Positions 23,706 to 34,599 of a DNA stretch of 64,000 nt are shown here, piece after piece (positions within the stretch are counted from its first letter, which is position 1; each line of letters begins with the position of its first letter). The DNA is from Mobula hypostoma. Lineage: Eukaryota. The stretch lies in contig NC_086108.1 in the NCBI RefSeq assembly GCF_963921235.1, forward strand, positions 55,306,001 through 55,370,000, given 5' to 3'. The notes under the pieces are model-generated. The model did no database searches. It had not been told where the DNA came from and saw only the letters and a program-made list of their open reading frames with translations. A program made the position numbers and the translations under genes.

Positions 23706-26257
23706 TGAAGAGTGTTTGTTCAAATGGTTACAAGGGCTGTTTCAAAGTTTTTGATTATGATGAAACTATGTAATAGTAAATTGTTATATATTGACCATCA
23801 TTCCTGATTTTTAAAAAAATCTTTTCTATTTACTGTGGTGACAAGGAATATTGTAATGTATACACAATGGAAGCTACTACTTTTGATCTTTAAATATTTG
23901 TCAAAAATCTAGCTGTTATTTCATCTATCACTGTGTGATTTGTTTCACTAATTTATGCCCCCTAAAGGCTTAAATTCTCCCTCATCAGAACTATCTCTGC
24001 TACCACCACGTACATGTTTAGTTTGCGAGGGATCAATTGGGCATGAAGAAAATATCTCTCCAGTTCGTTGCTTGATTTCTATATGCAGGTTTGAATCTCA
24101 CAGACTGACTCGACCATATAATCTATTTTAATCTCATGCCTGCCATCAGCTTGTGAAAGAAAGAAAGGAAATTCTCTGGAATATTAGAACATAGAAATTC
24201 CCCGAGAGCTAGTTTATCAGTGGAAACAGTGTGTGGGGGTGGGGGGGTGTTGGGGTGGGAGAGTCATTGTAACATTATGTAAAGAGAGATGCATTTCGGA
24301 CAGACTGCTGTCTCCTGTCCTCTCTATTGCTGTGCCGAGAAGTTAGTGAGGAGTTAGCTGCTAGCTCATGCTCCCACGGTTAAAATGATCTCATCACCAT
24401 GTGGTTCATTGTGGAGTGAAGCACAGAGGTAATGTGTGGAAGCTGTCTGGGAGATCTGATATTAATTAGGCAAATTAGGATGAGCAGTTTGGTGACTAAC
24501 CTGTGAAATCCAGTGCTCACAGCTGTGGCCTAGGTAGTTTACTGAGTGAGGGTGTTGCTCAGAATTAACAGCAGCTGCTCTATATGTTGCCCAGGTTCTA
24601 GAATTTCTCACACCTTTTTGGATGTGATGCCAAATACTCCTTTTTCTTTGGCTGCACAGTGCTCCCCAGCACACAAATGACTCTGTGAGAACCTTCTTAA
24701 AGGCAAGTAACCACTGGTAAACTTGTCCCCATGTAAAGGCAGTGCTGCGAAGGCCTACGATCATTTTGCCAGTCAGAAAGCATCTCTGAGCACCATGTAT
24801 TAGTGTTGAGCAGCTGTACCACTCACCCTAGCTTGCCCTCATGGGCAGCCTCTGCATATTGCCTGGGTGGTTCAGTGAGTCATGTATTGTTACATTTCAT
24901 GTATTGTTCCATTGCCTCTGGAGAGACAACAGAAGGCAAGGGTTAATATTACGTTCCAAGCACAGTAGCACACAGACCTAGCAGTTGTCTTTTTTTAAGT
25001 GTGGGGCTGTTTGCAATCCAGGACCCAACAGCACTGTAATAAATCAATGGCTTGTATGATTGTGCTACATGGGGAATCAGTGAATTTCTAATACCTTTCT
25101 TCTTATTTTATTTTCTGTTTTTTAGGTTTCAGTATCATATTTCATCAAATGTATCCCCAAACTCATGTTCATAACTAAACTGTAGTGATTCATCGAACAT
25201 TTATTCAAATAACATTTCAACATTACTCTTGACCTAAAGTTATTTGTTTGTTTAGTTTTTATCCCCTTGGCTGTCCTCGCTGGCTATATATTAAGCTGTC
25301 TTTTTCTACCATTTCTTCAAATTGTGAAAACTAACCAAAGAAGGAACATTATTTATCAAGTGTAAGTTTAAGTTTACACCACCAATTGAGTGATTGTGGG
25401 ATTAAGCCAAGTATAAATTGCTTTGAGAAATCATGTATATTTTCGTTTTTGAAATCTCAGCCAAAGTCAATCTACCCTTGAGTCTGGATGATACTATCAG
25501 CCAAAAAGGCTTTTAGGAAATTTTATTGGAAGACTTTAGGAGAGTAAGATTTTCTTCCTCTTTGCACTGGTAGTGCATCTTCAAAAGGGAGGTGCAATTA
25601 ACCCTTTCCAGACTCGCTTAGAGTAATCACATAATAAGGAGATGGGGCAGGGATATGATTTCATTGGTCATGGTCTTATTGAACGGTGAAGAAATTTGAA
25701 TGACTGAATAGCCAATTCTGCTTTTATTTCATGTTCCTTGTTCGAGTGGAATGATTCGTTTATACAACAACATAAAGCTTCTGGTTCATTTGTTCACTTA
25801 AATAAGATTTTTAATATTAAATTTGTAGTTTTAGCAATAAATTAGAGGCCTATAAAAGCACTGAATTTGGGTGGGGGGGGGTGGGGAGAAGAGCTACCAC
25901 TTCATCTTTTCAGAATCCTATTCCCTTAAACCATTCAGTAAGGTTGTGACTAAGAATGTATAGGCAACCTTTCTGTCTGATCCTCATATCCCTGAATTCC
26001 GTTGAGGAAATTTCTTTGAGTCTCATTTTATCGCAAGGTAATCAAATGAGTGACTGGATTCAGTGAGCACTCAGTCAATCTATTACATTCACATTTGTTG
26101 AACATGCAAAATAGAGGTGCGCATTTTTTAATGAATAATTCCTATATTAGTTTTATAAATTGTAGTGATAAATCAAGGCATCAGAAGGTTGCTATTTTGT
26201 TACCTGTCAGATGAAATTTTCATCTCCTCATGTTCAATTTTCTTATAAATTACACAC

Positions 26258-26545
26258 GGGCACCATGTTATCATAGCAGTGAGTGTGACGCCATTACAGC
26301 TCAGGGTGTTAAAGTTCAGTCCTGCCATGCTCTGTAAGTACTGTAGTCCGTATGTTGTACCTGTAGAATGCATGGGTTTCCTCCAGGTGCTCCAGTTTCC
26401 TCTTATGGCCCAAAGAATAGTTAGTAGGTTACAGTAATTGAAAATTGTCTCAAGATTAGGTTAGGATCAAATCGGGGGTTGCCAGGCAGCATGATTCAAA
26501 GGGCTAGGAGGGCCTATTGCATGCTGTGTCTCTTAAATATATAAA
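26258..26545 (+). mobile_element. HE1-like V-SINE
   Basis: tRNA-like head; V domain 'gggtttcctccaggtgctccagtttcctc'; CR1-like tail 'gggcctattgcatgctgtgtctct'. Confidence 0.8.
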
Positions 26546-27396
26546 ATGGAAGAAATTTGACAATTAAATAGGATGTGATACGATTTAAATGCCAAACAAA
26601 TCCAGAGAATGTTCACTTCCCTATATATTGAAATAAGTCTTCAGAGTAATATAAAGAAGTTAGGATAGATGACCCAAGGTGGGGAAGATGCTTACTTAGC
26701 ACAAATACTAACAAAACCCTGGTGGACATGTTTGTTTTGCTGATCCTGTAAAATTCAATACAAAAAAAATTACTGCAATGTTCTTTAATAAAATCCCCTA
26801 CTGAAGGTTCAGTTTTAGTCATGCTGATTTGACAAGTGTGTTTATATTCGATTTATACAGGTTCAGGCCATCCTTGTGTCTGAAGTAGTTAAATTTATAA
26901 TTGTAATATCTGGCATGAAATTAGTTTCATGAATTTTATTATGTGAACATTTGCCATAAATGCATACATTCAATGAGATTCAAATAATTTAAGCTTTTCA
27001 GGCACAGCATAATTTCAAACCATTTCTTTTGCAATTCTTTAGAGGTGCCAAATCATTTTGATCAGAAGTATAGAGTGTGTGCTGTTCATTGTAATACCAG
27101 CATACAGTTATACAGTTCCATCGCAGAGACAAATATAGTTGTGATCATTTGCTGCTGCAAAGGACACTGGAGTTGTGGGCAGGTTGGTCCAGGTCATGGG
27201 TGGTTTTCATGAAGGAGAGCAGTAGTTAAGTAGCTGATTGACAGATCGGAACAAATACGGCTTTGAGTGCCAGGTTGGAATGTAGGAAACAGGTCTTGCA
27301 TTGTGGATAAGCTTTTTATGGAAAGGCAGATGGTTGTGAGAGGCAAAGGTGCAGGTTTGACAGTGGAGGAAATTGGATTGGGTAGATCCAGGTTGT

Positions 27397-27486
27397 AATT
27401 TCATGGTGATTTTCATGATCAGCAGCCCGAAATCTATAAGATAAACCCAGAAGTATTCAGGAGGCAAAAATCTTTTCTTTTTGTCC
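27397..27486. repeat. Isolated copy of the Chapaev3 terminal sequence
   Basis: Aligns by eye with 14983-15067 (aatttca..gtgattttc..aaatc.ataagata.acc..tattcagga.gca..ttgtcc). Confidence 0.75.
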
Positions 27487-27549
27487 TAAGTAATTTAGTA
27501 CTATGTTTGGGGAAAAATAGCTGATGTGTAATCTACAAAATATCAGCAC

Positions 27550-28615
27550 AAGATTCTGCAGGTGGTGGAAGTCCAGAGTAACACACACACAATGCTGGAG
27601 GAACTCAGCAGGTCAGGCAGCATCCATGGAAATGAAGAAACAGTTGATGTTTCGGGCTGAACCCCTTCGTCAGGACTGGAAAGGAAGGGAGACAAAGCAG
27701 AATAAGAAGGTGAGGGAAGGGGAAGAAGTACTGCTCCAAGGTGAAGCCAGGTGGATTGGGGAGGAAGGACAAACCTGGGAGATAATAGTGGAAAAGGTAA
27801 AGAGAAAGAAATTTGATGGGAGAGAAGAGTGGACCATGGGAGAAAGGGAAGGAGGAGGGCCCCCACGGGGATGTGATAGGTGAGGAGAGGAGGAGAAGAA
27901 GTAAGATGAGAGCCAGAGTGGGGAATGAAAGCAGAGGGAAAGGAAAGAAATTACCAGAAGTTGTAGAAATCAGTGTTCATGCTATCAGTTTGGAGGCTAA
28001 CCAACTGCAACGTGAGATGTTGCTCCTCCAACCTGAGGATGGCCTCCTCGTGACAGTAGAGGAAGCCATGGATCAATGTGTTGGACTGGGAACTGGAGTT
28101 AAAGTGGTTGGCCATTGGGAAATCCTGCTTGTTGTGGATGGAGCAAAGATGGTCGGCAAATTGGTCCCCCAATTTTTGGCGAGTCTCACTGTTGTAGAGG
28201 AGAATGCATCGGGACCACTGGCTATGACCCCCAGCAGGCTTGCAGGTGAAGAGTTCCCTCACATGGAAGGACTGTTTTGGGACCTGAATGGTGGTGAATG
28301 GGCAGGTGTGGCACTTCCGTTTGCAGGAATAAGTGCCAGGAGGGAGATTAGTGGGGAGGGACAAGTGGACAAGTGTCGGGAGCGATCCGCACAGAAAGCA
28401 GAGAGTGGGGGTGGGAGGTGAAGATGGCGGAAGTTGCAGCAAATGTGCTGGATTCAGAGGCTCCTGGGTGGTAGGTAAGAACAAGAGGAAGATGGTTAAG
28501 GTGGTGGGAAGATGGAGTGAGGGCAGATGTCCAGAAAATGGAGGATTTGCGACATTAATGGTGGAGGAAGGAAACCCTATTCCTTGAAAAAAGGGGACAT
28601 CTCTGATCTCTGACA
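27550..28615 (-). mobile_element. Penelope-like element (Neptune type): GIY-YIG endonuclease fragment and terminal repeat
   Basis: ORF 27951..28616 (PGTYSCKRKCHTCP..LYNSETRQKLGDQFADHL..ANHFNS..LRLEEQHL); hammerhead-bearing repeat 27550-27680. Confidence 0.9.
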
Positions 28616-28712
28616 TATTGAAATAAGTAAGATGGGTTGCAACTAAACTGAGAGGGGAACAAATACCCAGACTGGGAGGTTTGCTGGTGCTACTCGAGAG
28701 GGCTTAAACTAG

Positions 28713-29311
28713 CGTAAGACTCGTTGCATCTAGTGGCATGATCTCGGGGGTGGCTCCCCCTCCCTGACCAAACTTTAGCACTCTTGTTTGGGTAGATGCT
28801 GCGTGTTGTGTCCCCTGTGTAACATCAGTACCCCGAAATAACGTTCTGTCTACAATGTGAGGTTAAACGATTAAGATTTCATATTGAAGTATGGGGTTAG
28901 TAGAGAAACAAAAGAAAAAGAAAACAAGTAAAAGATGCCGATAATCTCATCAACATGTCCAGTGCACAAATGTTGGAGCTCATGGACTCCCTTTCGCTGA
29001 TCCTCCTTCGCTAGTCGGCCCCTGGGCTCTCACCCCGAGCCCAGGCCCAGCGGATCTGGCAGCTGTCTCCTCAAGCCACGTCTGCTCTCTTCATCCTCCT
29101 CATGCCTTCTCTTCCAAGCCCATGCAAACTGACAGCTTTCACACAGAAAGTATAACATCTATCCCAATTGGTTAGCAAATGAATACAAGTCCAGTTATCA
29201 CTAATTATAACCCAAACATACTGCTATAGAGAACCACTGTCTCAGCAATTAACAGATCAGAGAAACCATTTTATTCACCTTAGCAGTAACATAAAAGAAG
29301 AAACCCTTACA
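28713..29311 (-). mobile_element. Solo LTR with 4-bp TSD inserted in a small CR1 fragment
   Basis: CGTAAG (TGTAAG variant)...CTTACA termini; CTAG at 28709-28712 and 29312-29315; flanks rejoin to the CR1 ORF1/ORF2 junction 'aaactagtttggctgggggatgggaaccagag'. Confidence 0.85.
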
Positions 29312-29379
29312 CTAGTTTGGCTGGGGGATGGGAACCAGAGCATCAGGTCAGAAGAATGAGTGCAGCAGATGAGAGGTAC

Positions 29380-30150
29380 AGTACATCAAACTGACGTACC
29401 TACTGAATCAGAAGTAATCCAGCACTACTATTACCTTTGAACTCTCAGAAGCCACTGGAACCCAAATACACCCCTCTACAGTCTGGAGAAGGCTTGCCAG
29501 AAACCAAGCCTTGCCACTTGGAAGAAACTCTTCCAAGTGGTCTTTGTGGAAGAGTTTCTGGCCAAAAGACATTCCTCTGAAGTGGAAACAAACCCAAGAA
29601 ACTGACCTACAAAACACATGAACTGGGGTGCTGGAACAATGGTAGCAAGTGCTCTGGATTGACCAGTCAAAATTTGGTATTTTTGGCTATGAGGCAGTTT
29701 GTCTGTAGAAGAGATAAAAAGCACTACATGGATGAGTGTCTGCAGCCAACAGTGAGGCATGGCAGAAATTCCCTACAGGTTTGGGGCTGTATTTCTGCAA
29801 ATTGAGTTGGTGATCTGGTCAGAATTAATGGAATCCTCAATGCTGAAAAATACAAGCAGATTCTCATCCATCACACAATACCACCATGGAAGCATCTGAT
29901 TGGTCCCAAATTCATCCTGTAGAAGGACAATGACACAAACACAAACCAAGACCATAAAGAACTATCTTCAGTGAAAAGGAGAACAAGGAATTCTGCAACA
30001 GGTGGTATGGCCTCCAGAGCCCTGATCTGAATAACATTTGAGGCTGTCTGAGATTAGCTGGGGAAATAGAAGCAAGCAAGACAGCCAAAGTCTGCAGAAC
30101 CATGGCAAGTTCTCTAAGATGCTTGGAACAACCTAACAGCCAACTTTTGA
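29380..30150 (+). pseudogene. Tc1-family DD34E transposase remnant
   Basis: Manual translation ECLQPTVRHG..LQVWGCISAN*VGDLVRINGILNAEKYKQILIHH..FIL*KDND. Confidence 0.85.
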
Positions 30151-30249
30151 AGATTGATCCTTTTTTAAACATCTTAAAACAATGTTGCTTACTGAAATAC
30201 CCTTGGCTGTGACTGTGGATTTCAGCAGTAGTAGTCCTAAATGGGACTA

Positions 30250-31054
30250 TAGTGGATTACAGTTAATTGGGACACATTGGGACCAGTACATTTTGGGCCA
30301 ATTAAGCAGCTGTCGCAATGAACCAAAAATTCATGGAAATGGTTAAAAATGTACAAAAAAGGATAAACTATCATTTAACTAAATATCAAATTATGTATTT
30401 AAATAAAGTACAAAACAAATTAGAACACTACCAGTACTTCTACAGAAACATAAAACTCTGTATTAGTTCCTAATATCTGTCAGTGGAGGGATTCATCCAG
30501 TGCCTTGTTCTTTTGATTGATTGTAAATTAACAAAATCGGTGCGAGTAATGGATAATCTTCATTTTCATTGTAACATTCAAGATGATTGTCAATATCTTC
30601 AAATTCTTAGTTCTTAACTTGTTGAAGTCATGAAATTATTTCATTTCCACTCCTAGCAGTTTCTGGCATTTCCAAACCAGAATGCTTGAAACCACAGTAA
30701 GAAAACAGTTCTGTATTGTCTTATACAAACTTCTTGCCAACTATCAAAGACAAATTGTACAGTTTGTACTGAGTTTTGAATTGGTGTCTGTCAGCCCAAA
30801 GGGATAACAAACATAAGTGCACACAACTGATACAATTTAACTACTGTTCACTCTAAGCATGGTAGTGTCCATCCACTACACAAGTACACGTGACTGATGC
30901 TAGTTACAAACTGCTCAGCAACAGTTTCCTGTCCTAGTTCAGCGGCATAGTGTCCCAAATAAATAAAGAAAATCCCGGCTGTTTACTTGATTAGGTTTTA
31001 TTCTTTAAGAGTTGTCCCAGGTAAGCAGCTGCCCCAGTTAACTGGAATCCACTG
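30250..31054. mobile_element. Non-autonomous pogo/Tigger-like DNA transposon
   Basis: TIRs tagtggattacagttaattggg (30250) and cccagttaactggaatccactg (ends 31054); TA on the left flank, TG on the right. Confidence 0.7.
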
Positions 31055-31902
31055 TGTTTGATGATTCCCTTCGGAGCTGCACGTGAGTCATACTTATTGG
31101 CGCCACTTTGAACTTTTTGATCAATATTATGTGGAAAATACTCAGCTGGTAAGGCAGCATCTGTGAAAGAGAAAAAAGTTACTCTTTCAGATCCAAGAAC
31201 CTTTTGGTAAAACTGAGGAAATGGAAAACAAATCAGTTTGTTGCAGAGTTGCTGAAGGAGAAATTGTGGAACAAAGTGAATCATTTTCTGTTAGGGTGAG
31301 GCCACATGAAGTGTTAATTATTGCTAACAGCAAGGCTGTATGGCATTGCCATGTGCAGTTTCATGAGACTGACATTATGTTTTAGGGCTTGCTGTTGCTG
31401 CAATTAAAGTTTTTGCTACCCCTAGTCCAGCTCTAAAAATCCTTTATTTTTGAACATGAATCAAGGATAGATTGCTTTTGTGGTAATATCTGTGGAATGA
31501 GTGTGAGACTTGGCTAAGAATATATGACAGAGTAAAATTCTGGGGTTGTGGTGGCGCACAGCATCAAGAATGCCTTACCTGATGTTCACTGGTTATGGAG
31601 CTAAATGGAAGATGCTCTCAGTGTGAAAACTGGGCATTGCCTTCGTCAAAATTGCATGGAAGTCACTGTTCTTAAAGATGAAAGATCCTGGCATAGGTCG
31701 GCTGTGTTGATCAGGTTAACTGGGACTTAACAGTGTTGTTTCTCTAACCACCATGTGCTACGTGCCTGATCTAACAGTTGTGTTATATGGATCTTGGGGA
31801 GGTTGTTTAGTATCGGTGCTATTGATCCTCCGATGGTAATGGACATTGACGTCCCTTAACTGGTCTATATCTTGCTACGTCAAACTAGACAGGACTGAGA
31901 TA

Positions 31903-32899
31903 ACAACACACATAAAAGTTGCTGGTGAATGCAGCAGGCCAGGCAGCATCTCTAGGAAGAGGTACAGTCGACGTTTCGGGCCAAGACCCTTCGTCAGGAC
32001 TAACTGAAAGAAGAGCTAGTAAGAGATTTGGGAGGGGGAGGGGGAGATCCAAAATGATAGGAGAAGACAGGAGGGGGAGGGATGGAGCCAAGAGCTGGAC
32101 AGTTGATTGGCAAAAGGGATGTGAGAGGATCATGGGATGGGAGGCCTAGGGAGAAAGAAAGGGGGAGGGGTGAAGTCCAGAGGATGGGCAAGGAGTATAG
32201 TGAGAGGCCTTCTGTATATTGGTGAGACCCGGTGCAGAGTGGAAGACCGTTTCGCTGAACACCTATACTCTGTCCGCCAGAGAAAGCAAAATCTCCCAGT
32301 GGCCACACATTTTAATTCCACGTCCCATTCCCATTCTGATTTGTCTATCCACGGCCTCCTCTACTGTAAAGATGAAGCCACACTCAGGTTGGAGGAACAA
32401 CACCTTATATTCCGTCTGGGTAGCCTCCAACCTGATGGTATGAACATTGACTTCTCTAACTTCCATTAATGCCCTCCTCCCCCTCGTACCGCAATTGTTA
32501 TTTATTTACTATTATATTTGTATATTCTTTTTCTCTCTCTCGCCTTTTTCTCCCTCTGTCCATTTTGCTCTACTCCTTGCCCATCCTCTGGGTTTTTCCT
32601 CCGCTCCCCCTTTCTTTCTCCCTTGGACTCCTGTCCCATGATCCTCTCATATCCCTTTTGCCAATCAACTGTCCAGCTCTTGGCTCCATCCCTCCCCCTT
32701 CTGTCTTCTCCTATCATTTTGGATCTCCCCCTCCCTCTCCTACTTTCAAATCTCTTACTATTTCTTCTTTCAGTTAGTCCTGATAAAGGGTCTTGGTCTG
32801 AAACGTCTTCCTAGAGATGCTGCCTGGCCTGCTGCATTCACCAGCAACTTTTATGTGTGTTGCTTGAAATTCCAGCATCTGCAGATTTCCTCGTGTTTG
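31903..32899 (+). mobile_element. Young 5'-truncated Penelope-like element with inverted terminal repeat
   Basis: GIY-YIG half in ORF 32137..32469 (LYIGETRCRVEDRFAEHL..QPDGMNIDF); inverted arms of about 300 bp; 12-bp TSD aggactgagata at 31891-31902 and 32900-32911. Confidence 0.95.
31965..32002 (-). ncRNA. Minimal type I hammerhead ribozyme motif (intact core)
   Basis: UAGUC-CUGACGA-A-GGGU(CUUG)GCCC-GAA-ACGU-C-GACUG: helix I, core, helix II, palindromic helix III. Confidence 0.85.
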
Positions 32900-33821
32900 A
32901 GGACTGAGATAGAACAGCAACTAGTAGTCTGCTGGAGGATTCCTTGTGTTTAAGTTTAATGTGTTGAGGTTTCCCACCGTTCTGTCTCCTGGCTGACGGA
33001 GATGGAACTTACATCTTCTTATAACACATGAAGAGCTTGGAAGATTGAGTGAAAGGTACTATATTCTGAGTAAGACTCTGTATGGTTTTTGAGTAGTCTA
33101 CAAGACAGCTCTTGTACTTATACCATATCCTTTGTTTAGTTTTGAATTTGATCCTTGGGTTTATGCCAGATGTCTTGTTAAAGTGTTATTTTCATATTTT
33201 TGTAGTGTCTTAATACAGCTGAATGGCATTTCAGAGTAGACATTTGTCTGGGTATAAAATCAAAACCTGACCCAACACATGAGCTTAGGGACTGGTAGGT
33301 GTTTTGACGCCGAAGCTCAAAGATGATTCTAAATACTATCATGGGGTTTTATTTTTAATGAAAAGATTTGTTTATGAAACCAATGCCCTAAGTTAACCTT
33401 ACACACTTCTAAGCTGTCATCTCTACTTTTAAGGTTTGGTGACCTAATTTTGACTTTAGATTTTTATCAGACTAGCAAAGTTGCTGCTTAAATTGTTAGA
33501 TCAGAGTCTAGGCAAAGACCAAGATAACGAGAAAGAGTAGCAGCCTCATTAGCTGCTTGCTGCTCTCAAGAGGCTGAAAGCAGTGTGCTTGTGAAGGATA
33601 AGCTTAAATAAAATGTTCGAATGATAGCATCCTGGGTGGTTCAATATGTTGCAGTAGTTGGAGATATTTGTAACCTATCAAAACAAGGCCTGATGCCTCG
33701 GGTCTCAACTTTCTCATCTTGATCTGCCAGAAATGTTATTGGGATTTCACAAATGGTAACCCTAATGCATCAGTCAAGTAATTTATCAAAATATAAAAAC
33801 TTTGCTTTCAAAGTCAATTTG

Positions 33822-34487
33822 CAGACATCCCACCTCTCCCGTAAATTCCGGGAGTCTCCCGCATATTAATAGTGGCTCCCTGATGCCCGCAAGTTATATA
33901 CAATGTCACCGAAATCAATTTTTTTGAGAGCGAACGAGAGAGCGCGAGAGAGAAAGCAAAAGAGAAAGTGCAAGAGTGACCACGAGAGAGAGAGCGAGAG
34001 CAAGCAAGCGAGAGGGAGGGAGGCAGAGAGCGAGAGAGAGCGCGCGCGAGAGAGAGAGCGAGCGCGGGAGCAAGCGAGAGAGAAAGTGCGAGAGCGACCA
34101 CGAGAGTGAGCGAGAGAGACAGCGAGCGAGCAAGAGCGCGCCATGGGAGAGTGTTCCAAAAAAAAGAAAATATAAATAGTACATCACCCCAGACTACACT
34201 AAAGTGTAACCTTGCCTAATAGGGGTCAAAAATAATGACAGTGTTGCTCGCTGCGCTGTTTGCAACAATGACTTTTCTATTGCCCATGGTGGGTTAAGAC
34301 TGTGAAAGACATGTTGAGGTGAGTTTAGCAGGTGTCATTCATTCATTAGCATAGCTAACGTTATTTAAACTAGCTGGCCTGCTGCTAAGGAGCCACTCTA
34401 TTGCGGACATCCCACCTCTCCCGGAAGTCTCCTGCAAATTGATGGTGCTGCCTCCCTAAAATGAGTTTTTGCAGGGTGGGATGTCTG
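33822..34487 (+). mobile_element. Non-autonomous hAT-like element with transposase N-terminal zinc-finger remnant
   Basis: Perfect 13-bp TIR CAGACATCCCACC/GGTGGGATGTCTG; remnant PKKRKYK..PDYTKV..VARCAVCNNDFSIAHGG..RHVE at about 34150-34318. Confidence 0.7.
33926..34140. repeat. Degenerate (GA)n/(GAGC)n microsatellite
   Basis: Directly visible; produces the low-complexity RERE/LSLS ORFs. Confidence 0.95.
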
Positions 34488-34599
34488 CAGTATGTGTGGA
34501 TGCTCATGTCTGCACTGGCCATAATGATGGTAGTGTACCATGTGTGTGCCCAGTATGTATGTCTGTCCTCAACTCAAGCAGGTGGCAAGCCCCTTTTCT

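Noticed and set aside
26258..26330. tRNA gene
   Set aside because: Degenerate tRNA-derived SINE head with no cloverleaf
33814..34187. Overlapping RERE/LSLS ORFs
   Set aside because: Translation artefacts of a GA/GC microsatellite
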